A stretch of DNA of 64,000 nucleotides from the human T2T-CHM13v2.0 reference genome, Homo sapiens: NCBI RefSeq assembly GCF_009914755.1, contig NC_060928.1. One strand, written 5' to 3'. Below the pieces are notes generated by a model. That model did no database searches. It saw nothing but the letters and a program-made list of their open reading frames with translations, and was not told the origin of the DNA. Shown here piece by piece: positions 52,897 through 64,000 of this stretch (its first letter is position 1; the number at the start of each line of letters is the position of its first letter). The position numbers and the translations under genes were made by a program.

Positions 52897-55128
52897 TATA
52901 TTAGTCCATTCTCACACTGCTATAAAGAACTGCCTGAGACTGGGTAACTTATAAAGGAAAGAGGTTTAATTGACTCATAGTTCTGCATTGCTAGGGAGGC
53001 CTAAGGAAACTTACGATTGTGGCAGAAGGGGAAGCAGGCACCTTCACAAGGTGGCAGGAGAGAGTGTGAGCAAGAGCAGGAAAAACTGCCTTATAAAACC
53101 ACCAGAACTTGTGGTTTTATATTCACTTACTATCAGAAGAACAGCATAGGAGAACCGTCCCATGATCCAATCACCTTCCACCAGGTCTCTTCCTAGACAT
53201 GTGGGAATTATGCAGATTACAATTCAAGATGAGATTTGGGTGGGGACACAGCCAACCCATATCATTCTGCACCTGGTCCCTCCCAAATCTCATATTCTCA
53301 CATTTCAAAATACAATCATGCTTTTCCAACAGTCCCCCAAAGTCTTAATGCATTCCAATATTAACCCAAAAGTCCAAGTCCAAAGTACCATCTGAAACAA
53401 GGTAAGTCCCTTCTGCCTAGGAGCCTATAAAATCAAAAGCAAGTTAGTTACTTCCAAGATACAATGGAGGTACAGGAATTGGATAAATGCTACCATTCCA
53501 AATGGGAGAAATTGATCAAAACAAAGGAATAACAGCTCTGTGCAAGTCTGAAATCCATCAGGGCAGTCAATAAATCTTAAAGCTCCAAAATTATCTTCTT
53601 TGACTCCATGTCTCATATCCAGGTCACGTTGATGCAAAGGGTGGGCTCCGTGTTCTTGAGCAGCTCTGTGCCTGTGGCTTTGCAGGGTACAGCCCCCGTC
53701 CTCGCTACCTTCACTGGCTGGTGTTGAGTGTATGTGGCTTTTCCAGGTGCACAGTTCAAGCTGTCAGTGCATCTACCATTCTGGGGTTTGGAGGACAGTA
53801 GCCCTCTCCTCACAGCTCCACTAGGCAGTGCCCCAGTGGGGACTCTGTGTGGGGCCTCCAAACCCACGTTTCCTAGAGGAGGTTCTCCATGAGGTCTCCA
53901 CTCCTGCAACAAACTTCTTCCTGGACATGCAGGCATTTTTGTACATCCTCTGAAATCTATGCAGAGGTTCCCAAACTTCAGTTGTTTCTTGTGTACTAAC
54001 AGGCCTAATGCCATGTGAAAGCTGCCAAGGCTTGGGGTTTGCACCCTCTGAAGGAATAGCTTGAGCTGTACCTTGACTCCTTTTAGCCATGGCTGGAGCT
54101 GAAGCAGCTGGGACACAAGGCACCAAGTCCTGAGGCTGCACAGAGCAGGGGGGCCCTGGGACTGCCCCATAAAACCATTTTCCCTCCTAAGCCTCTGGGC
54201 CTGTGATGAGAGGGTCTAACCCCAATATCTGTGGCATGCCATGGAGATATTTTCCCCATTGTCTTCATGATTAACATTTGGCTTCTTGTCACTTACACAA
54301 ATTTCTGCATCTTGCTTGAATTTCTTCCCAGAAAATGTTTTTTTTTCTTTTCTATCACCTCATCAAGTCTGCAAATTTTTCAAACTTTTATGCTCTACTT
54401 CCCTTTTAAACATAAGTTCCAATTTCATATCATCTTTCTCAAGGTCAAACTTCCACAGATCTCTAGGCCAGGGGCAAAATGCTGCTAGTCCCTTTACTAA
54501 AGCATAGCAAGAATGGCCTTTGCTCCAGTTTCCCAGAAGTTCCTCATCACCATCTGATACCACCTCAGCTTGGGCTTCATTATCTATAATATGATCAGCA
54601 TTTTGGTCAAAATCATTCAAGAAGTCTCTAAAAAGTTCCAAACCTTCCCAAATCTTGTCTTCTTTTGAGCTCCCCCAAACAGTTCCAACTGCTGCCTGTT
54701 ACCGACTTCTAATACCGCTTCTACGTTTTTGGGTATCTCTATAGTAGTACCCCACTCTCCATGGTGCCAATTTCCTGTATTAGTTCATTCTCACACTGCT
54801 ATAAAGAAGTGTCCAAGACTGGGTAATTTATAAAGGAAAGTAGTTTAATTGACTTACAGTTCCACATGGCTAGAGAGGCCTCAGGAAACTTAATAATCAT
54901 AGCAGAAGAGGAAACAGGCACCTTCTTCACAAGGCGGCAGGAGGGAGTGTGAGTAAGAGCAGGGAAAACTGCCTTATAAAACCACTAGATCTCTCTCACT
55001 ATCACAAGAACAGCATGGAGGAAACTGCCCCCATGATTTAATCACCTCCCACCAGGTCTCTTCCTTGACACTTTGGGATTCTGAGGATTACAATGAGTTT
55101 TGGGTGAGGACACAGCCAAACCATATCA
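52897..55128 (-). mobile_element. Full THE1 (THE1C/D-like) MaLR element: LTR 52897-53264, internal 53265-54775, LTR 54776-55128
   Basis: Two related LTRs (tattagtccattctcacactgctataaagaa...cacagccaaaccatatca) and THE1-int sequence; perfect 5-bp TSD ccatt. Confidence 0.93.
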
Positions 55129-55694
55129 CCATTGCTGCTACATGCCCAGTTATGACATGAACCACTGGAATTTATTTCCATTATTCAGAGCTTAAGAACT
55201 CTACCTGTAGTAAGATACCTTTTCAAGAAGTGTAAGTTTTAGACATGTTACTGTTATATTTTTTAATATAAAAGCAACCATTAAATATTCCTAAAAGTAC
55301 TAACAATGAGTATAAATTATATGCATATACATAATTAATTTGAGCTCCAAAATTATCTTATTATTGCCCTGATTTTAGAAGTGGTAACTATGGTGAATTG
55401 TCTATATAACTTTAGCTCAAATTGTCTTATCCAAATACTCTAGTAGTGGTTGTTGTTTCCTTTTTCTTTTTTTTTTTTGTTTGCATAATTGTTCAGCTGC
55501 TGATGACATTCTCTATTATAGTTGTCACTTCTTTTGGTAATGTCCTTCCATGATAGCTCATTTGTTTTATTTCAGTAAATTTTCTTATTCTTCTAAATGC
55601 TACATTTGATTTTTGAGTTACTCATTAAGATAATTTACGCTTGGAAATTTTTGTTATTAAGTTAGTGCTGCTCTGAATGTAGACACTACAAACA

Positions 55695-56176
55695 AGATAC
55701 TGGATGTTCATAGCAGAACTATTCATAAAAGCCAATAAGTGTAGACAACCCAAATGTCTATCTAGTGATGAAAGGGTGTAAAAAACATGGGATATCCACA
55801 GAGTAAATTTTTTTGCTGAAATAAATAGGAATAAAGCAATAATACATGCTACAACATGGATAAACCGTGCAAACATTATGCCAAGTGAAATAAGTCATGT
55901 ATTATATGAGTGTATCATATAAAATGTCCAAAATAGGAAAATATGTAGAAACAAAAAGTAGATTTGTTGTTGTCTCGGGATGGGCAGATTTGAGGGGTCA
56001 GCTTGAGAGTGACTGTTAATGGTTACAGAATTTCTTTGTGATAAGATGAAAATGTTCTGAAATAGACTTTGGTGGTGGTTTCACTACTCTATGAACATAC
56101 TAAAACCCATTAAATTGTACACTTTAAATGAATGAATTATATGGTATGAATTGTATATCCATAAACCTGCTTAAAA
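55695..56176 (+). mobile_element. L1MB-type 3' end
   Basis: atgttcatagcag...acaacccaaatgtc...gatgaaaatgttct...aattgtacactttaaatg. Confidence 0.8.
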
Positions 56177-56494
56177 TGTTAAAGGACATTGCCATAAAAT
56201 TACACTGAAAAGGTCAATGAAATCTCATAACTCCAAATAAGAGACATTTTCTTTACAAAGACTGGCTCAACATCAACAGCAGCACTCTTGCCCACCAAAA
56301 CTCTATGCCATCCTACACCCTGCTACTCCTAGATTTGTGCATCTAATAAGAAACTAACACTAAAAATAATCCAAAATGCTTGGGGAAGTATTGGTTCCAC
56401 ATATTAAAATAGAAAATAAAGGTGTTACTAGAATACTCTTTTATGTCTAATAATAAAATAATATAATAATAGCAACAACAAAACTATAGTGGTG

Positions 56495-56745
56495 ATAGCT
56501 AATAATTATTAAAAGTTTAATACTAATTATTAAAAGTTTAATTATAGTGTTTAGTAAGAACTGTTTCAGTTGCTTCACAGGGATTAAATTCTTCAATTCT
56601 CATCATAACATTGTGAGGTTGGAACCATTATTTCCTTCATTTTACAGATAAGCACGGAGAGAGTAAATAACTTGTCTAAGATTACAGAGCTAGCAGGGAT
56701 AGGATAGAAATTCTGTCTGTCTGCCTTTAGAGTTTGTGCTATGCT
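56495..56745 (-). mobile_element. MIR
   Basis: ttcaattctcatcataac...catttttacagataag...aataacttgtctaagattacagagctag. Confidence 0.7.
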
Positions 56746-58904
56746 TTAATTGCAACATAGTCATAAAACAACAAAGAAGCTAGCTAAAGGTTTACTCATA
56801 GTTGAAGCTATGACCATTTTATCTGAAGCAAACAGCAACTACATCAACAATATAATAAGGATTTATCACAATAAGCTCAACCTTGATAATGACATAAGTA
56901 TATAGTGATGATTAATGGAAACATAAAGATTAATATTAATTGTGATGAATAAAGTTAGCTACAAACAGTAATATAATATTTATATTTTTATGGTTCTAAT
57001 TATTAGTAGTATGGTAGTTTATGGGTTTAGTATTTTATTATATTTTTCAGGTGTGTCTTCTTAGGATTACTGGTATAAATCAGTTACTTTGTACAGATCA
57101 TAAAAGAGTGAACAGAAACTTGTGTTATTTAAAGCAGTACTCCAAACATCAAGAGCAACACAAATAATAGAAAGTAATTATTAGTATTAGTTGCTCATAT
57201 AAAATAAGAAGATGGGAGGAGAGTCCACCATCTGGTTCATGTTGATGGACATTACACAATAATAAATTAGAAAGAAGGTGTAACAGCATATTTAAATGAC
57301 AAATTAGACAAATAACCTAAAAGATGAGAGTTAAATATGCATATGTAATTTCTCATCTCATAGGAAATTAAACCTTTTCTAATTATAATAGCCCTGACTA
57401 ATTATTATAAAATACTAATGAGAAACCTATACATTTTTAACAATGCTAATAGATTATCTATATATAATCATGATAGGATTATATGCTAGGTATCACATGC
57501 TATATAAATGTTACAATGCACCTAAATTCTGGAAAATTCTACTTTGTGTAAAATTAAAATCTTTATTTAAGTCAACTACCAAAGGTTTGTATTTCATATC
57601 AAGTAAATTTTTTAAATGTTAGAGGCCTCTGCCTAAGATTTGAGTCAATGTGGACCATGTCACAATGTCCAGGCTTCAAAGAAGAATCCAAGTTAGTGAT
57701 AAAAATGATAACATATAGCAAATTTACCTAAGCCTTAGAGACTATGAATGTTACAAGGCATGATATAATGAATAACAAAAAAGTTAATATTTTAAAAACA
57801 TTAGTATTGATACAATAGCATTAATAATATTTAAATATACAAATAATCTGTTTTATGATGTCTGAAAAGTCCATGTGCATTGCCATTCCTACTATTCCTA
57901 ATATACTATTCAAGTATATCAAATTTATTTATCAATTTATAATTAATGGCTAAGAGTTCAAGAAAGGCAGTTGTCAATTGTTTAATCAGACAGTTTTGAG
58001 GCATTGAACAAATACAAATAAAAATTGTTCTTTAGTAACTAAAGTATCTCTGACATCAATGTCACAATAGTGTAAGTAGCTGTGACACTATGAGGATGTC
58101 AAAACATAATAGATTATGAAGATGTAGAATAATATATATGAAGTTGGAAGCATTCAGAGTAAATAATTAGATGAGTTATAGTCCATCTACTTTTTATATT
58201 ATTTATTTTTATATTTCATCCAAAATTATTCTAGAAGTATTTTTTTTACTGATTTAAATTCTACTTTCACATAATTATGTGTATGTGCTTATTGCAAGGA
58301 GGTAGGATGAAGTTAGATACACAATTTTAGCTGTAATGTGGTTGTCTCTCAGTACGTTTGGTTGCTATTTACAAGTATAAGCACAAACTTTATAACATAA
58401 ATATAGAGTTTAGGAAGACTACAGTATTATTGGCATTTGAGTCACACATAAATATTGTGCAAGTAAAGATTACAATGGTCATGTGCCTGTTATGTAGTCT
58501 GAGATGCATATTCAGTTGCCTATTGATATTGAAAGACTCAAACAATAGAGAATGTATAACATCATTATAGAAAATTATAGTTGTTGAAAAAGAGCAAAAG
58601 TTGTGAGCCTCATTGTTGGCAATATGTAGTGCATAATGATAAGTTATCTGCCTTTTAAAATGGGAATGACAAGAATTCTTTATGTAAAGAGAAAATAATA
58701 AGGAATTTTTCAATGAATTAAATTCATAATTTTTTGAATGGCAGGTTCTAACAATACAGAACAAAGTGTTAAACTATCATTTCAGGCTAGGAATTAAAGT
58801 GTTTAATAAATTAATACATTGCCTTTGGGATTTTTAGAGGTGTTTCAAGAAAAAATATTTTATATAGAGTCATTAGCATGTAAATGAAAGCAATTATTGT
58901 CAGA

Positions 58905-59040
58905 TGACTTAAAATCCAGTCCTGATTTTACCACTTATATGTATATCTACCTAGGCCAAGTCATTTAATTTTTATAGGTTATGCTTCTTACATTAAACAA
59001 AACATGAGATACTTGGACTAGATTACTTTTAACCTTGACT
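58905..59040 (+). mobile_element. MIR fragment
   Basis: aaatccagtcctgattttaccactta...cctaggccaagtcatttaat. Confidence 0.5.
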
Positions 59041-59524
59041 TATTCAACTCCAATATCTTATTGTTGTAAATATGATATTCAGATGACAGTTGGGCAACGT
59101 GTCCAAAGTAAAGCTCTCATTTTAGCTCTAAAACTTGCTTTTCTTACCAAATTCTTTTGTGTGTGTGTGTGTGTGTGTGAGTATAGCACTAACATCCTAC
59201 ATCTCCTGTTGGCTGAAGGCTAGAAGGAACAGATTTTCACTTACTTGCATTGATTCTATATTATCTGTTTAATGAGGTTACTTTTCTTCATTTTCATTAA
59301 TGGAAATGTCTACAATACTTGTGTATGACTTGCCTATGAAAATTGAGTGTGAAGACAGGGTTACCTGCAGCAAGTTGAAGGGTTTTTCTGGTTAATTTTT
59401 TATTTTTTATTTTTTTACGAAGTAGGATGTAAATTTTGTGCTAAGGGTAAGAAAGGAGGTAAACGTTTGAAGAAAAAGCAGGTGGTTTAAATATCTCCTT
59501 TGAGGAATAGAGAAGTTTGCCTAG

Positions 59525-59928
59525 TCTCAGTTTCCCATTGATGCTATACCCAGTTACCTTGAACTTAGTGGCCCAAAGACTATACACTTATTATGCTATG
59601 GTTCTGGAAGTCAGAAGTTCAAAATGTATCTCACTAGGCTAAAATCAAGATATTGACAGAGCTACCTTCCTTCTGGAGTCGCTAAGGGAGAATAAATAGA
59701 TTTGCCTTCCAAGAACCAAGAAGCTTGCCTCTTTCACGGATTTGTGGTTTCCTTTCTGTGGTCACATTAATCTGATGGATGCTTCCATCACCACATTTCA
59801 TTCCGACTCTCCTACTCTCCTCATTCCTTTATGAGGACCCTTGTGTTAATATATAGATCGTGCCTGCCCAGAGGCTATAGGATAATCTCCCCATCTCAAA
59901 ATCTCCAATTTAATCACATCTACAAAGT
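59525..59928 (-). mobile_element. MLT1D-like MaLR LTR (truncated)
   Basis: gttctggaagtcagaagttc...ctaaaatcaag...gaggacccttgtg...ggataatctccccatctcaaaatc...aatcacatctacaaagt. Confidence 0.75.
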
Positions 59929-60005
59929 GAGCTGAGATCTTGCCACTGCACTCCAGCCTGGGCGACAGAGCGAGACTGCATCTCAAAAATAAATAAATAA
60001 ATAAA
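59926..60005 (+). mobile_element. Alu 3' remnant with (AAAT)n tail
   Basis: agtgagctgagatcttgccactgcactccagcctgggcgacagagcgagactgcatctc. Confidence 0.9.
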
Positions 60006-61441
60006 TTTTATTTTTCTCATGCTTTTATAAACGTTATTTTTTTCTTTATTTTCTCTGTGGATAGTTCATTGTTACTGTACAGAAATAAAACTAAATTTTT
60101 ATGTTGATTTTGTATCCTGAAACTTTACTGAATTTTCTTTTAGATCTAATAGTTTTTTATTGGAGTATTCAGAGTTCCTTACATATAATATCAATCCTCC
60201 TGGAAAGAGAGATAATTAATTTCTTCTTTTCCAATTTGAATGTCTTTTATTTATTTTTCTTGATTAATTGCTCTGGCTATTAGACTCCTAATTCTATGAC
60301 GAATAGAAATGATGAGAGTGGACTCCCTTACCTTCTTTTCAATCTTAATGATTTCAGATATTCACCATTAATGTGATACCAACTGTGTGTTTTTCATATA
60401 TGGCTTTTATTATATAGAGATAAATTTATTTTATAACTACTTTGTTGAGAATTTTTATTGTGAGACAGTGTTGAATTTTGTCAAATGCTTTTTCTGCATC
60501 TATTGTGATAATCATATAATTTTTATCCTTCATTCTGTTCATGTGGTATATTACATTAACTAATTTGTGTATGTTGAAACTTCCTTACAATTCCGGGATA
60601 AATCATAGATGATCTTACTCTATGATCCTTTTAATATGCTTTTGAATTAGGTTTGCTAGTATTTGTTCAGGATTTTTGGATGTATATGCATAAGGGATAT
60701 TGTCTTGTAATTTTATTTTCTCATAGTGTCCTAGTCTGGTTTGGAATCAGAGTAATTCTGGCTTCAGAAAATGAATTTGAAAGTGTTCCCTCATCTTCAA
60801 TTATTAAAGAGTTTGAGAAATATTGGTATTAATTATTTAATTTTTTTGGTAGAATTCACCAGAAAAGCCATTTGATTTTGGGGTTTTCTTTGATGGGAGA
60901 GTTTTTATTACTGATTCATTTTCTTATTCTATATTGTACTTTAAAAATTTTCTGTTTCTTCAAGATGCAGTATTGTTAGGTTGTGTATTTCTAAAAATTT
61001 ATCATTTTATTCTAGGTTATCCAGTTTGTTGGCATATAAATATTAATTTTATTTCATAATTTTTATATTTCTGTGGTATTAGTCACCAAGTCTCCTCTTT
61101 TATTTCTGATATTATTTATTTGAGTCTACTCTGTTATTCTTACTCTGGGTAAGTATTTGTCAATTTTGTATATATTTTCAAAACCATCTCTTACTGTTTT
61201 ATTTTTTCCATTGTTTCTACATTCTGTCTTTTAAAAAAATTTCTGCTGCAATTTTTATTATTTTTCTCCTGCTAACCTTGGTCTAACTGGTTCTTCTTTT
61301 TCTTGTTCCTTGGAGCTAACCTTAAGTTGTTTATTTAAGATCTTTCCTTTTTAATGTATGCTTTTAAAATAATTTAGGGGTTAATTATCACTATAAACTT
61401 CTCTCTTAGTATTGCTTTTGCTGCATTTCATATGTTTTGGT
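60006..61441 (-). mobile_element. L1M ORF2, inverted segment
   Basis: Antisense ORF2: tgttgaattttgtcaaatgctttttctgcatctattg; ctcttagtattgcttttgctgca. Confidence 0.88.
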
Positions 61442-61807
61442 AAAATTCCAGTGGCTTTTTTTTCAGAAAGAGAAAAAAATCCTAAAATTCATACGGAACC
61501 ACAAAAGACCCTGAATAGCCAAATCAATTTTGAGAAAGAAAAAAAAAAAAAGGTAGAGGCATCAGGCTTTATGATTTCAAAATATATATTACATTGCTAC
61601 AATAAATAAAACTTTATAGTATTAGCATTGAAAAAGGTATATAAAGCAATGGAACAGAATAGAGAGCCCATGTCATATATTTTCACCCATATATGATGAA
61701 CTGATCTTTAACATACGTGCCAAGAATACACAATGGAGAAATAATTGTTTCTAAAACAAATAGTTTTGGGAAAACTAGATACCCACATGTTTAAGAATGA
61801 CATTAGA

Positions 61808-62122
<315 letters not shown>

Positions 62123-62552
62123 TTAGAACATTATCTTACACATGAACAAAAATCAACTCAAAATTAATTGTAGGTTTGTACCTAAGACCTACAACTGAAA
62201 TTCCTACAGGAAAATATAGGAGAAAAAATTTTATTACATTGGTCCAGGTAAAGCTTTCTTGGATCTGACTCTGAAATCATCACCAAAAAAGCAAAAATAG
62301 ACGAGCAGAACTACATCATACTAAAAATAATATGCATGCAAATGAAACAACAGAATTAAATGGCAGTCGATGTACTGGGAGAAAATGGTTGCAAATCATG
62401 TATCTGAGAACAGGTTAATATCCAAATATATATGGAAGTTTTACAATTCAAAAAAAAATCATAATTAAAACATTGATAAAGGACTTGAATAGATATTTCT
62501 CAAAAAAAAGAGAGACAGATTTACAACAAGTATATGAAGTTATTCAATATAT

Positions 62553-63062
62553 CTTGGTGAAGATGTGAATAAAAAGGAATGCTTATACAATGTTGGTGGG
62601 AATGTAAATTAGTTCAACTCCTATAGAGAACAGTATGGAGATTTCCTAAAGAACTAAAAATAGAACTACCATTCAACCCAGCAATCCCACTACTGGGTAT
62701 CTACCCAAAGGAAAATAAATTATTTATGAAAAATACACTTGCACCCATATGTTTATTGCAGCATTAGTTACAAAGTCCTTTTTGCACTATTGCAAAGTTA
62801 TAGACTCAACTTAAGTGTCCATCAGTGGTTGATTAGATAAAGAAAATGAGGCATATATACATAATGGAATATTATGCAGCTATAAAAAATAAAATCATGC
62901 CCTTCCCAGCAGCATGGAGGCCATTATCCTAAGAGAAATAACTCAGAAACAAAATCAAATGTTGCATGTTGTCACTTACAAGCAAAAGCTAAACAATGAG
63001 TACACATGTAGCAAACCTGCATATATACCCCTGAATCTAAAATAAAATAAAATTTAAAAATC
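62553..63062 (+). mobile_element. Nested younger L1 (L1PB/L1PA16-like) 3' end with internal deletion
   Basis: gaactaccattcaacccagcaatcccactactgggtatctacccaaagg; gagtacacatg|tagcaaacctgc junction; ccctgaatctaaaataaaa end. Confidence 0.8.
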
Positions 63063-64000
63063 TCTACATCTATTTTTTAAAAAATGTTCAATCTCTCTAA
63101 TTTTAAGGAAAATTAAAATCAAAATCACAATGAGATACCATCATGCATCTGTTAAGATGGCTATTATATATATGGATATATACACACACATATGTAATAT
63201 ATGTGTGTGTCTGTGTGTTGGCAAGAATGGAGAAAAATGGAAAAACTTCTACACTGTTGCTGGGAATGTAAAGTAGTACAACTACTATTGAAAATAGTAT
63301 GGAAGTTTCTAAAAAAATTAAAAATAGAGCTACCATATGATCAAGTAATCCCACTTCTGGGTGTATAGCCAAAATAATCAAAATCAGGATCTTGAAAAGA
63401 CATCTGCACTGCCATATTCTTTGCAGCATTATTCATAAATAGCCTTGTTATGAAAAAAACAACCCAACTGTCTATCAATGGACGAATGGATAAAGAAAAT
63501 ATGGTGCAGATATATAAAATGAATTTTTTACGCTCTTAGAATTATCATATTATATATAAGATTTTGTATATATGCATTTTCACATTTTTAATAATTATTT
63601 CATTATCAATAATAGCTCTGGTAGGAAAAAAACAACCCAACTGTCAATCAATGCTTGAATAGATAAAGAAAATGTGGTGCATATATATATAATGGATTTT
63701 TTTGCACTCTTAGAAATATATATATTTAAGCACTTTAAGCACTTTACTATAAGCATTAGAGATTTGTCACCACATACATTCACTAAAATTACATTATTAT
63801 CCACATGCAGCTCAGTAGCACTCCAAGAAACACCTTTTATATATGTGTCTTTAAAAACCTTCACTTCATGCATTACAGAGGAATCACCACATTCGTTTTA
63901 TATAATAAAATGTTATTCAGCTTTTAAAATAAGGTCATCTTGCCATATGAGACAATATGGATGAATACGAAACACATTATGCTAAGTAAAATATGTCAGA

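Noticed and set aside
53613-54170. Longest ORF in the window (185 aa)
   Set aside because: Lies inside THE1 internal sequence; no evidence of a host gene.
56503-56542. Short AT-rich tandem duplication in MIR
   Set aside because: Real, but ordinary slippage in low-complexity sequence.

Overview
This is AT-rich primate (human-like, catarrhine) non-coding DNA made mostly of transposable-element fossils. I find no intact protein-coding gene. The ORF track contains only L1, L2, ERVL, THE1, Alu and ZNF remnants plus chance ORFs. Main components: an ERVL provirus nested antisense inside a solo MLT2 LTR (2.2-8.7 kb); a ~9 kb L1 nest (10.8-19.8 kb); a KRAB-ZNF processed pseudogene interrupted by a solo LTR30 (25.2-27.8 kb); a full THE1 MaLR element (52.9-55.1 kb); a twin-primed L1 (60-64 kb); and several Alus, DNA transposons (MER30, MADE1, MER1B, MER85, MER45) and L2/MIR fragments. 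The pattern repeat annotation does not explain is a recurring set of locally templated duplications. At least three 105-220 bp segments were copied in inverted orientation from 1.3-2 kb away into TA or TG/CA dinucleotide tracts. There are also many perfect TA-associated hairpins and micro-tandem duplications, and a ~100 bp direct repeat bracketing a 13 kb block. Family and subfamily calls come from my recall of consensus sequences and need RepeatMasker/Dfam confirmation. All identity values are by-eye estimates.
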